A model generated the notes under the pieces. That model searched no databases, was not told where the DNA came from, and was given only the letters and a program-made list of their open reading frames with translations. From NCBI RefSeq assembly GCF_001194135.2, contig NC_069000.1, positions 28,879,403 to 28,943,402 of the forward strand: a DNA stretch of 64,000 bases. The letters run 5' to 3'. Below, one piece after another: positions 24,090 through 37,254 of this stretch; position 1 is the first letter of the stretch, and every line of letters begins with the position of its first letter. Made by a program: the position numbers and the translations under genes. The DNA comes from Octopus bimaculoides. Its lineage: Eukaryota.

Positions 24090-27070
24090 AAATGAGTCTT
24101 CCCAACTTACCCACATACTCTGGAGATGTCACGTGTTGGTTCGCTCAATTGGATGCATATTTTTCCACCTATGTGGTGCCCCAACAACAGCAGCTAAATC
24201 TTTCGTACTGTGGGATGCCTGCACCCCTTGCATGCTCAGTGAAAGATCTCATCACTGACCCACATCCGGACGCAATTCATCGACGATTCTACGTCTTTGT
24301 TTACGCCTACTCAGGTTACCAATAATGCTGTTCTCAGCCCGTCATTTTTTTGTCACCATTGCCGTAGACCAGTTCCACTCCCTTTTGGCTTCTTTCCCAG
24401 AGCTGGTAGATCCTACATTCAAATCAGTCAAAGTCACACACTCGACTTACCATTATATCACTACTTCTGGACCACCCGTCTTTTCGTGTCCATGGCAACT
24501 TACTCCTGATCGGCTCAAAAAGGCTCGATCTGAGTTTGAGCATATGCTTCAACTCGACTTTATTCACCCCTCCACCAGCCCTTGGGCATCTCCTCTACAT
24601 TTGGCATGGAAAGGAGATTCAGATTTTTGCCCGGTGGGGGATTGCAGACGTTTGAATGCAGTCACTGTTCCCAATTGCTATCCTATAAGGAATCTCCAAG
24701 ATTTTTCTTCAAACTTGCATGGTTATACTATTTTTTCCAACGTTGACCTCATCCGGGCTTATCATCAAATTCTGATGAACCCTGACGACATTCCAAAAAC
24801 TGCCATTACCACTCCTTTTGGAAGTTTTGAGTTCCTGTTTATGAGTTTTGGTTTGCGGAATGCAATGAGCACATTCCAGAGGTTTATTGATGAAACTGTC
24901 CATGGACTTAACTCTGTGTTCGCTTACGTCGATGATTTGCTCATGACTAACGACAGGCATGAAAATCACCCCCAACACTTATCTCAACTTTTTCAGCGTC
25001 TTCGCACTTAAAATGTGTTTTCAGACAGACCTCTCTGGAATTCCTAGGTCATTATATCGACTCTAATGGTATCTGACTTCTCTCCTCCAACGTCGATGCA
25101 ATTCAACGCATCTCACCTCCCACTTCTCTATGCGAACTGCATTATTTCTTGGGAATTATCAACTTTTACAGGAGGTTCATACATAAATGTGCAGACAAGT
25201 TACTTCCCTTGGCTCAACTACTGAAAGCAAATACAAAAAAAAATTCTCCTATCACTCTATCTGCCGAGGCATTATCTTCTTTTGAGTCAATCAAGAAGGA
25301 AATAGCTTCTGTTCCTTTGCTTGCACATCTGGTTCCTGATGCTCATCTCTCTTTAACAGCTGATGCATCAAATTCTGTGGTTGGTGCTGTTTTGCAACCT
25401 ACCGTCGATAATCAAACTTGACCTTTGGCATTTTTTTCTCATTAATTACAGCCAGTTGAACGTCATTACAGTACATTTGCTCGTGAACTCTTAGCGATCT
25501 ACCTGTCGGTTCATTTTCAACATCAACTCGAGGGCCGAAATTTTGTGATTTATACTGATCACAGACCTCTTACATTTGCTCTGTCATCTAAATTGGACAA
25601 ACACTTGCTGCATGCTTTTTGCCACCTGGACTACATTTCCCAGTTCACGAGTGACATTCAGCATATACCTGGAACAGAGAACATGCCTGCTGACACACTC
25701 TCTTGTCTCCCTGTGTGTTCTCTTTCATCTCCTGCTGCAATCGATTTAACTGCCATTGTGCAAGATCAGCCAGCTCTGGACACATTGGATCTAACTTCCA
25801 CCAAGCTGTCCTGTTGCAAGTTTGCCTACCTTCCACTTCCGTCTGCTGAAGACACAATCCTTTGTGACATAGCTACTGGTTCTCCCAGACCGTTTGTACC
25901 TGCGAACCACCAGCATTCTGTTTTTGATGCCTTGCATTCACTGTCAGATCCTGGCATCGCTGCCTCAGTGAAGCTTATTATGGCTTGGTTTTTCTGGCCT
26001 AATATGCACTGCATGATCACTGATTGTGTGAAATGCCAGTGTTCTTAAATCCACAGGCACGTTTGCGCTCCTCTTGGATAGTTTTCTCTGCTGGAGACTT
26101 GCTTTCACCATATCCACATTGATCTGGTTGGACCATGGCCTGTTAGTCACGGTTTCTCTTATATAGAGACATGCATTGATCGTTTCTCTCGTTGGCCTGA
26201 AGCCATTCCAATAGTGGACATTTCCACTGAGTCACTTGCTCGAGGTTTCATCTCTAACTGGATTGCTTGCTTTGGTGTCCCAGCTAAAATAACCACTGAT
26301 CGTGGACGCCAGTTTGAAACCTCCATATTTCATGAATTATCACGAATCTTAGGTGTTCACCTCATTCATATAACCAGCTACCACCCAGCCTCCAATGGGA
26401 TGGTTGAACGTTTTCACAGGCAACTGAAGTCCGCTCTACGTGTCACTCCTGATCCGCAGCCTTGGACAGAATTTCTGCCTATCGTTGTTCTTGGTTGTCA
26501 CACTGCTGTTAAAACAGACTTGGGTTTCTCCTCTGCTGAACTCCTTTACGGTACCATCCTGGCACTCCCTGGTACAATGTTGGTGGCTATCAATTCATCG
26601 CATCCTGATCCAATGTCGTATGTCACCAGACTTCGCTCGTATTTCTCAAGTCTTCCACCCATGCATACGTGTGACCAGTCTATTCCCTCTCACATCCCAC
26701 CAGACATTAACAAATGGACTCATTTTTTTTTGTTTGGGATGATTCTGTCTGGGGACTGCTTGTTTCTCCTTATAAAGGATCATTTCGTGTGCTATCGCAC
26801 TCACCTAAAACTTTTAGTTTCAACATCAATGGTCAGGCAGAGACCATGTCAGTCAACTTAAAAGGGCACATTTTGAGGTGTCCACACCCTTCGATGACAC
26901 TCCAGCCACGGCCACCTTTGATCCTTTACAACCACCTACACACCCACCTACACATGCACCTTTGACCACACCATCACCTACACCTACACCTTCATCACCA
27001 CAACCTAACACAAACGAAACCTATGTCACCAGGACAGGCTGCACTGTGCATTGGCCCCCAAAAACTCACC
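24090..27070 (+). mobile_element. Gypsy/Ty3 internal region (gag fragment, RT, RNase H, integrase), decayed
   Basis: WFAQLDAYF; SPWASPLHL, DCRRLNAVT, DLIRAYHQI, KTAITTPFG, FGLRNA..FQRF, AYVDDLL; LTADAS, YTDHRPL; HIDLVGP, TTDRGRQFE, YHPASNGMVERFHRQLK; TRTG terminal motif. Confidence 0.93.
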
Positions 27071-27238
27071 AGAACTATTTACATTTAACCTTTTTTTTTC
27101 CTGTAACAGACAATTGTTTTCTTGTGTGCTGAACAATTCCAATGCCTTGCCATTGAACATTGTCAAAAATTTTGTGCATGCCCCTTTTATATTGCTTTTA
27201 TTTATTTTTCTCGACTTATCATATTTTGTATCACACAT

Positions 27239-27318
27239 TTTGTACCACACATTTTGTACCACATCTAATAACTGGGACAAACTTTTTGTACCACATCTAA
27301 TAACTGGGACAAACTTTG
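27239..27318. repeat. Short tandem duplication (ttttgtaccacatctaataactgggacaaact x2 plus partial)
   Basis: Read directly. Confidence 0.8.
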
Positions 27319-27588
27319 AAAATGCATAAAAAGACCAGAGTGTTTGAGGGACCCTGACATAACATGTAACCGTCTGATTTTAATTAAAACTATATGAGAA
27401 CTTTACATCCAAAACTTTCATATAATATCATTTTCCATGGAAAAAAATTAATTTTGACATGAAAATAATGAAGCAAAAATGTGTTTTCTCATGTTCAAAC
27501 TGTGCTTGTCTCCATTGGACAACGTTCTATAGTGATAGTAATCTACATATATAAAACATATATATATATAAATACATATTTATATATC

Positions 27589-27633
<45 letters not shown>

Positions 27634-27683
27634 ACATGTCTCTTAAAGGATAGAGCTCAAAATCAATGCATTGAAGATATTAT

Positions 27684-27718
<35 letters not shown>

Positions 27719-28478
27719 ATATATATATATATNNNNNNNNNNNNNNNNNNNNNNNNNNNNNNNNNNNNNNNNNNNNNNNNNNNNNNNNNNNNNNNNNNNN
27801 NNNNNNNNNNNNNNNNNNNNNNNNNNNNNNNNNNNNNNNNNNNNNNNNNNNNNNNNNNNNNNNNNNNNNNNNNNNNNNNNNNNNNNNNNNNNNNNNNNNN
27901 NNNNNNNNNNNNNNNNNNNNNNNNNNNNNNNNNNNNNNNNNNNNNNNNNNNNNNNNNNNNNNNNNNNNNNNNNNNNNNNNNNNNNNNNNNNNNNNNNNNN
28001 NNNNNNNNNNNNNNNNNNNNNNNNNNNNNNNNNNNNNNNNNNNNNNNNNNNNNNNNNNNNNNNNNNNNNNNNNNNNNNNNNNNNNNNNNNNNNNNNNNNN
28101 NNNNNNNNNNNNNNNNNNNNNNNNNNNNNNNNNNNNNNNNNNNNNNNNNNNNNNNNNNNNNNNNNNNNNNNNNNNNNNNNNNNNNNNNNNNNNNNNNNNN
28201 NNNNNNNNNNNNNNNNNNNNNNNNNNNNNNNNNNNNNNNNNNNNNNNNNNNNNNNNNNNNNNNNNNNNNNNNNNNNNNNNNNNNNNNNNNNNNNNNNNNN
28301 NNNNNNNNNNNNNNNNNNNNNNNNNNNNNNNNNNNNNNNNNNNNNNNNNNNNNNNNNNNNNNNNNNNNNNNNNNNNNNNNNNNNNNNNNNNNNNNNNNNN
28401 NNNNNNNNNNNNNNNNNNNNNNNNNNNNNNNNNNNNNNNNNNNNNNNNNNNNNNNNNNNNNNNNNATATATGTATATA

Positions 28479-29827
28479 TTAGGTCGTCAAGTATGAAATT
28501 TGTAGAAAAGAAAAAAGTTTGCCAATGTTTTATAAATACAAAGAATAGTTTTATTCACCAAAGTATGTACCCATATTGTCAATACACTTTTGTCATTTCA
28601 GTGGTAGCTTGTCCAGCCCTGAACTGTAAAAGCCTGGCAATCTAGAGTGAATAAAATCTTGGAAGGCATGTTTTACAGCATCATCGGAATTAAATGTTTT
28701 TCCTATCAACAAGTTATCTAAATTCTGGAAGAAGTGGTAGTCAGTGGGGGCAAGATCAGGCGAGTGTGGTGGATGATGGAGAACTTCCAACTCAAACTCT
28801 TGTAGTTTCGCCAATGTCATTTTTGCCATATGTGGTCTGGCATTGTCTTGCAATAAAATAGGAGTGGATCTGTTGACTAATCCATATATATCCATCCATA
28901 TATATATATATATATATAAACACACGTACTTTTGCCAAAGTCATTTTTGCCATGTGTGGTCTGGCATTGTCTTGCAATAAAATAGGAGTGGATCTATTGA
29001 CTAATCTAGGCTGTTTTTTTTTTTTTTAGTTTCTGCATCATTTGGTCCAGTTGGCTGCATTATACTTTGGCCATGATTGATGAGCCGGGTTTAATGAAAT
29101 TATAATGTATCACAACAGCGCTACACCACCAAATACATCGGCTTCTTTTGATGAATTTTGCTTTTTGGACTGTATTTTGGTGGCTCGTCTTTGTCCAGCC
29201 ATTGTCCTGAATGTTTACAGTTGTTGTATTGGATCCATTTCTCATCACATGTTACAATTAAATTCAAAAATGATTCATTTTTGTGACGAGAAAGTAGCAT
29301 AATGCAGGCTTCCAAACGTTGCTGTTTCTAATTTTCATTGAGTTCATGTGGAACCCACTGATCCAACTTTTTCACTTTATCGATAATTTGCGGGCACTTT
29401 GAGATGGATCTGACTCGACAGTGGCTTTCAGTTTGTCATTATCCACCTTTGTTTCTAGTTAACCGTGTTGTTCATTTATGCGGTCAAAGTTACCAGAACA
29501 AAATTTTGCAAACAAATTTGATACTGTGTAATAACATTGGAATGAAATACTCCATTAATATTCCGAGCTGTCTGTGATGCTGTATTTCCAAGAAAGAACT
29601 CATATTTCAAAACTGTATGAATTTCCGACTCATTCACCTCTAAACAAAAATAGCAAAAAACGATTTATAAATACTTTATAAAGCACAAAATGAGTTAAAA
29701 TAAAGAAATAGATGTGTCAGCTTTCTAACAAAAAAGGAAGGTTGTCAAAATATAATAATGGCGCAAAATGAGCAGCTGTCAAAGTTTCCCATATACCTTA
29801 CTACAAATTTCATACTCAATGATATAA
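28479..29827 (-). mobile_element. mariner (DD34D) transposon, full length, defective
   Basis: TIRs ttaggtcgtcaagtatgaaatttgtag / ctacaaatttcatactcaatgatataa; VTCDEKWI, LQDNARPH, HPPHSPDLAPTDYHFF; internal 76-bp duplication. Confidence 0.92.
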
Positions 29828-29869
29828 TTATATATGGATATATATATAAATTATAGCCATAGGCTGGCC

Positions 29870-30140
29870 AAAGCCTTGTGAGTGGATTTTGTACACAGAA
29901 AATGAAAGAAGACTGTCATATATATGTGTATGTTTCTGTGTGTGTCTGTGTTTTTACCCCCACCTTTACTTGATAAACGATGTTGCTGTGTTTACATTCC
30001 CATAATTTAGCGGTTCAGCAAAGGACATTGATAGAATAAGTACTAGGCTTACAAAGAATAAATCCTAGGGTCAGTTTGTTCAACTAAAAGCGACGCTCCA
30101 GCATGGCCACACTCATGACTGAAACAAGAAAACAATAAAA
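29870..30140 (+). mobile_element. SINE family A, 5'-truncated, both halves
   Basis: gccaaagccttgtgagtggattt..gaaagaag, TG/TA spacer, gtgtctgtgttt..ctccagcatggcc..tgactgaaacaag. Confidence 0.75.
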
Positions 30141-30539
30141 AACTATTCCATTTTAATCCCGAGCAGTGCTGGGTATCTCTGCCAGTATAGTATAATCATA
30201 AACATACCTGCAAAAGTTGGATTAATCAATGCTGGAATGCCTTTGGTCATAGGTCTATTTGGTCACTGCTGACCATGGGTAAGCAACAATAATTTACATC
30301 AATCAATTATCTGAATTGCCTCATGGTATTCATTCTGACGTCTTACATCCTAAGTTCAAATCCTATCGAAGACAACTTCATCTTTCATTCTTCTTGGGTT
30401 AATAAATAAAGTACCAGTCAAATGAAATCATTAAAGTACTAGAAGTAATATGTGTTCTGGCATTTTGTGTTCTTAGTTCAAATCCTGCCACAACTTTTTT
30501 GGGTAACTGATCTAATTCACTGTCTGATTTAATACCACT

Positions 30540-30900
30540 GTCTGATCCTTTGGTGTCTGTTACTGGAATCCACTCTATTGCAAACATTCAAGCTAAGTCT
30601 CCAATTTGAGGATATCTTTCTCCATCTTTCCCACCAGTCTTAGAGGTTCTGTAAACTATTATGCATACTTTTCTTCCTTCCTAAGTGAGGAAAAATCCTT
30701 TCTCAATCTCTTATACTGACTGACCCCTGCAGACACTTCCTCACTTTTAGCCTCAATTTCTGTTCAGGCACCAAGTCTATCTATACTATAAGGACTGTCA
30801 TCTCTCAAAATACCAACACCAAACCACCACAGGGCTCCTTCACTACCAAGCCTTTCTTTGGTCTGGGTCCTCAACTCCTGATGGAGTCAGATCAGCACTG
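30540..30900 (-). mobile_element. Possible decayed L1/Tx1-like LINE fragment
   Basis: Weak minus-strand resemblance to the post-endonuclease region; many stops. Confidence 0.25.
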
Positions 30901-32399
30901 CCACATGATGATATATCTTGGGTATTGTTAGACTTGACAGATTGTTAGATTTGACCTATCAGGAAAGACAGTCAGAAAAAAGGAGAGGGAGAAAAGAAGA
31001 AGTAACTCCAGAACTGGATAGCTGCTTTATTTCATCAGCCCCCAAAAGACAAAAAGTGAATGGAATTTGAACTCAGAACTGAGATATATACTGCAAAGCA
31101 ATCTATCCAATGCTTTGACAATTCTACCTATATATCTTCTAGTCATTCAGATGAGTTGACTGATTAAACTGAAGCCAATTCTACACTGACTTCTCATGAT
31201 ACAATTGGTTTTTCCCTTTCAAACAATTCAAAACAGCTATTAATGTTGCAAGGATAGCATTATATTAAATATTATTTCACAAATTGTTTTAATCTCCTCA
31301 CTGCATTTCAGAGTTGCCCCCCTTGTATTTAAAATTGAAAAATTTTTAAATTTTTAAATTTTTCATTCTATTTGAACAAATTTGATAAACATTACACCAT
31401 AAAATTAAGTTTCCCTCTCTTTATTGCAATAGTAATCATAATTAAATGGAATATTTTGTTGATTACATTAACAGCACTCAGTTATTGTATTTTATGCAGA
31501 TGGCATCCCTAGGCCGTTTTCCTCATTCATTATCTTAAATATTTGTTTCTCCATATATCTCACTCTACCAAATTTCTAATTTAGCAAGACCCACGCAGCT
31601 TGAAAGTGTCTGGGCTGCAGCTGTTCAAACAAATCATACATCCTCTGACACCTGAAGGAAGTTACCCACAGCCACCAACTAGGAGGTGTTTGTCTTCAGA
31701 TGATTTATGCAAGATGACCATCAGAAGAATAAAGGATATTTTTCTGTAACATTTAGTCAGTAGGATCCATTTCTCCATAACTACAGACATGCATTCTGGT
31801 TTCTTGTCAAATGAAATTATCCCAACAAACTTAGCTGGTTCTGCCTAATCATCACTTCTCTCAACAGTATTTCTACAAGGAACCTTTACATAGTCATTTG
31901 ACCTGAAAGAAATCTCATCACAACACTTCTTCAAATCACACTTTACTATCTTTAAAAAAATGGAAGGACTATTTTAGATTATGTCATCCCAGATATACTA
32001 TGCCTGAATAAAAAATAGATGATAGGATGCATGTGACTGAAATTTTTTTATGACAGTTTTGCCTTGAAATGACTTGGGTTTAAACATCATCATCAGCAAC
32101 AACAGTTATACAGTTATTCTCTTGCAGAGAAAACTTTTACATTAGCTTGCATTTTTTGCTTGCTTCTAACTCTACTTGGCACATTCAAAACCCCATCTTT
32201 TGAAAATTCCTTCTCTAGCTCTCTAATTCCAAAAGACACACTTTGTTGTAGTGTATCTGAACAATATATGCAATAAGCCCATGATTATTGTTATTATTGA
32301 GTGAGAGAGCAGCACACATCATCAAAGTGATGTTGGGGTTCAAATATAGATACCTCCCCACAAATTCTAGGCCTTGTGGCTATAGCAGAAAGGATCATT

Positions 32400-32630
32400 A
32401 TTATTAAGGTAGAAAGTTGTCAGAATTATTAGCACATCAGACAAAATGCTAAGCAGCATTTTTTCCACCTCTTTACATTGAGTTCAAATACCACTGAGGT
32501 CAACTTTGCTTTTCCTCCTTTTGCAGTTACTGAGATAAAGTATCAGTCAAGTACCAGAATCGATGTAATTGACTACCATCACCACCCACATATTGTGCCA
32601 AAATTAGAAACAAATGTTATGATTATTATT
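32400..32630 (+). mobile_element. SINE family C
   Basis: aaggtagaaagttgtcagaattattagc..ttgagttcaaataccactgaggtcaactttgcttttcctcc..aagtatcagtcaag. Confidence 0.7.
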
Positions 32631-32659
32631 ATTCTTTATATTGATAGGATCAAATATCA

Positions 32660-34240
32660 ATACTTGGTGACTATCCTGAAAGGCCTGTCTTTAAAGGCTA
32701 GATTGTTGCAATGTACAGTGACATTTACTCCTTGGTCAGACTAAATGGCCACCTGTCAGAATTGCTCAACATCATGCAATCTGTCTGTCTAGTGTACTCC
32801 TCTTCCCTTCTGTACATACTGACCTTTGTACCACAACAATGAGGGGCATTCCATGAGAATCAGAATGTGGAAGACCCATGTTTGTATATGCGGATAATAT
32901 CACTGTAATAGTGTTAGACATCAAACACATCAAAGTGATCAACACAATACTCTAAGGGAACACGAGGTGGTGACAGGAGCAAAAATTAACCAGAAGTCAT
33001 TGAATCTGCAGCTCAGCTCCTAGAGAGGCAAGTCCATCCTGTCTAATAGCATCAATGGGCACTGGATAGACCAGTTAAATTGCTCAGAGTGTGGTTTGAT
33101 CCAAGCCTCCAGATAGATAAAAAAACTGGGAAGAGATGATGAACAGGTTGGTTAGTGTTACTCAGAAATGGGATGAGAATAAATTATTATTGAAGAGTCA
33201 GGCAGACATGGCGAATACCTCCATTGCCTCTGTCATCTGCTATTACCTTACCATTGTGCCTGGCTAACAAGAATGGAGTGCATACTCTTCTTTCTGTGCA
33301 GGGGACATGTCTCACCCACTGGTCAGCCAATCCCTTTGCTTTTGGTATCGAGGAATGGGCATGCTGTGGCGGAAGACATGCAGACATGCACTGAAGCTAT
33401 GACATCACCAGCATTTCCTTGATGGTGAGCAGGTGTGGTCACCATTTGTTAGATGTGCTTTTCTGTTACTCTTTCAAAGAGCTGCTGTCCTGGATCAAAC
33501 ATAGACCAAGGCAGGGTGTCTGGCACCTTGAGTGCCATCAGGCACTTACAGCCCTCTACCAGCTAGGTAATGCAATTGATGGATATTCCACTATGGCATT
33601 CTATAGAGGCTTAGTTGGTGGTGGTGGTGGTGGGGGGGAAGAGTGATAATATTCTCAGAGAAACTCTGGGTATTGATGAAAAATCAACTGGCTAGTCTTT
33701 TCCAGAGGATTTTTAGGCCAGGATTCAGGGATAATTTCCAGAAATTCCTGGCCTGGCAGTGCTACCATAGTGGCATTATTGGTTCAGAGTAAACTCTACA
33801 GTTATAGTAGTGCCATCAGCCATACATGTCTGAGATCTGTGCAGAGCAACAAAACCATCCTGTATGAGCTTGTAGCAATGATTTGAAACCTGATTGCTGG
33901 ATACATGGTCAGACACCACAACCAAATCACAATAGTTTCATGTGATCGGTCTATTAAGCAGCCAATCAGCATGAAACTATTGCATGATTTAGTCTTCTAG
34001 AATTTTCTTTCTTGTATTCTATAAAACAGCTGCTTTTGGTGCCTAAACTCTTTGTAGAGTGTTGAGAGTGGCCAACTCATTCACACATCTCCCCTCTTGC
34101 CATGCAGAATACTGAAACATTTGAGAGATATGTGTCTTCATTCTTGCCACACCAGACAGCCCAGCCAGATGATGCAGGAAGAGAGCCAAAACAGATGGCT
34201 TAGATGACCAGAAACCTCTGTTGCCACAAAAATAGCTCAA
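32660..34240 (+). mobile_element. L1/Tx1-clade LINE RT and downstream region, decayed
   Basis: MYSDIYSLVRLNGHLS, PLLYILTFVP, FVYADNITVIV, VVTGAKINQKS, KLL(G)VWF; frameshifts and stops. Confidence 0.7.
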
Positions 34241-36105
34241 TTGTTTTCAGATATGTTGGGCCAGCCACCTGTTGCTCTCTGTAAACTCAGAGCAGTATCT
34301 ATCTTCCAGTAGTTATTGCTGTCAACTATAAAGGCCAATGCAGTTTGTCTTTCTGTGCGATTAAAATTTATTCTGTTAAATGTTCTTGGATGTTGTTACT
34401 TTTTCATGCAGCCAAGAAATATATTTTCATTCATTAACTCAACCAGTTACCTTAGCAGCAACTGCAAAATATCATGATAACTCAAGACATCTGGTGACAC
34501 AGCCAGCCAACACCTCAACAAGCTCATACAGTGCTTGTTCATTGCTGACTTGTGGAATTATATCAAACAGCTACTATCACATGTTAAACGGATCTGGCTA
34601 AATAGATCACAAAATAATAAAAAAAACAGCAACATAGACAAATAGGACTCAGTGAACATATTGATATATGTGCAGATAGGACACAACCAAATTTTAGAAT
34701 TTCCCCTGACATCAATTTAGCAATTACACAACACAACAACACATCAACAAAAATAAACTTTCATATCCAAACATTGACCTCATCTAAATATATGTGGAAA
34801 AGGAAGGGAGGCAACTATTGCCAACCCTACTGCAACTTTTATTGAAGCCACCACTACTACAACTGCTACTAGTTAGAATAACACAATCACAATAACTATT
34901 GCTACTAGTTAGACTAACAAAATCACAACTAGCAGTGTTACTGTTGCTACCACTAATAGCTACTCCTGTGTGGCTGCTACAATTAACAACCACTCCTGCT
35001 ACTGCTGCTACTACTTTGGCACAGCAACAATTAGAAGGAAATGAAATTTTAGCGCTATGTGATTTTTATAAGTTGTGAATATTCAGAACTGATATCATAA
35101 AGGATTAATTTAATTTAATTCATTTCAGTTTATTTTCCTTTTATATCTCAGAATGACTAAATTGTCTTTTTAAGTGACTGAAACCAGTAGCATATTTTGA
35201 TAAAATGTAAATGATTTCTTTCTTTTATTCAGGAAAAAGTTCTCAAAGCTTTTTTCTTCTTTTGGTTTTTAATGTGTGTTGTGTATGTGTGTGTGTATTT
35301 ATTTTAATTTATATGTCTTGGATTGTTTTTGATTCAGTTGGTTTATATATTATATCAGTGTAAACCTAGTTTACAGAGCACTCTAGTGGCTTCCTGCATT
35401 AAGATACATTCCAGATGTATTTTGACAAATAATTATATAAATAGCTCTGAGTTCTTGTTGACACACTCTGAATGGATATTCTATACTTAAATATGGGAAA
35501 TTTGAATTCTGAGAAGTTTAACTGAATTTTGACACTTCAAAACATATGGCTTTGTTGTCATGAATGTATATAATCTAGGTAAATTTGAATTTCTTTAATA
35601 TGTTTCTGTATAGTTACAGTTTTGGTTGTGTCTTTATAAATACAGTTAATAGAAACAAAATTTATGCTTTAGTATAATATATGTTTATTTTACTATATAT
35701 ACTTTATTGTATTCAAGGAAGGTTATTATATAAATAATAAATGCACCACTGGTACTATTTCACTTCTTTCATTATTATTAGTCAATTAGTTGACTATTTA
35801 ACCAATTGATTATTTGATTAAACATTCAGTCAGTCTGCTTTTGATCTGTTTGCCTTCTAGTTTACAGGTTTATATGGATTTGAGTCAGAAGATTTCACCA
35901 AGCTTTGCTTTGGCATGGTTTCTACAGCTGGATGCCCTTCCTAGTTCCAACCACTTTACAGAGTGTACTGGGTGCTTTGTATACAGTAGCAGTAGCAGTA
36001 AGGCTATCAAGTAACTTACAAGACAAGACCCCTCAACTGGGGGAAGTAGTACTGGGGGACAGAAAAGGGTGACTTGTATTGGAAGTGAAACATGACTACC
36101 TCAAG

Positions 36106-36107
36106 CG

Positions 36108-36144
<37 letters not shown>

Positions 36145-36234
36145 CGACAGACAGACAGAGACAGACAGACAGACAGACAGACAGAGACAGACAGACATAG
36201 CCAGAGACAGACAGAGAGAGAGAGTGAGAGAGAC

Positions 36235-36267
<33 letters not shown>

Positions 36268-36366
36268 GACAGACAGACAGAGCCAGAGACAGACAGAGAG
36301 AGAGAATGAGAGAGACAGAGACAGACAGACAGACACACAATCAGACAGACAGAGTGAGAGAGAGAG
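36106..36366. repeat. (GACA)n/(GA)n compound microsatellite
   Basis: Read directly. Confidence 0.97.
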
Positions 36367-36680
36367 AAGATTGTGAAGATGTGACAAAGAGGGGGCATGG
36401 ACCATACACCCAATTTATAAGAAGGTGTATACAGTGAAGTGAACTGAGGAATGGAGCAGGTAAGAGGGTGGATGGGTGAGTTCACAAGATTGTGAAAGGA
36501 GAATGGGGAGAGTGTAATGAGTGAGCACAGGTGGAGGGAAGTGGTTATTAGGAGGCTATGCTGTGGAGTAACACTGAAACCAATATATGTATACCAACTA
36601 ATGGGTTGATAAGTTTTTCCCTTCTGGTGGTGGGTGGTAGATGCAGTCTAACATGTTTGCCATAGTATCTGATTTGAAGA

Positions 36681-36960
36681 CATGTGGATCAGTGTTTACA
36701 GTATTCAACTTACAATTGTAAGGTCGTGAGTTCAATTCCCAATGGTGCATTGTGTCGTTGAGTAGGATACTTTATTTCACATTGCCTCTGTCCACTTGGC
36801 TGGCAAAAATGATTGTAGCTCTATTTCAAAGAGCCAGCCTCACCACATTCTGCATCAAGCTGAATCTCCCAGGGGATTACACTAAGGGTTTGCATGTTTG
36901 TGGAGCGCTCAGCAACTTGCACATTAATTTCACAAGCAGGTTGTTTTGTTGATCAGAATA
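36681..36960 (+). mobile_element. tRNA-derived SINE, family D
   Basis: gtcgtgagttcaattccc B-box; gtgtcgttgagtaggatactttatttcacattgcc; homologous to 4296-4610. Confidence 0.7.
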
Positions 36961-37254
36961 TTCGATTTACATCATGTTTATTGACCAACTCACCTTTCAC
37001 AGAATCTACATCATACACATATGAATGTACATGAACACACACACACACAAACACATGCAAGTTTACTCAAAGAATCCACACTATGCCACACAAGTGTGCA
37101 TCTGCACACAAGTGTGCATCTGCACATAAAACAAATTAGCATGTGCACACATGCATGCATGTGTACATACATATGCACATGTGCACTTACACCCACACAC
37201 CCACTTGTACATACACCCTCTCACGTCCTCTCTCACACACATTCTCACTCAAAT

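Noticed and set aside
22995-27100. A single intact Gypsy provirus with paired LTRs
   Set aside because: No second LTR or PPT after the integrase; 23500-24090 may belong to another element.
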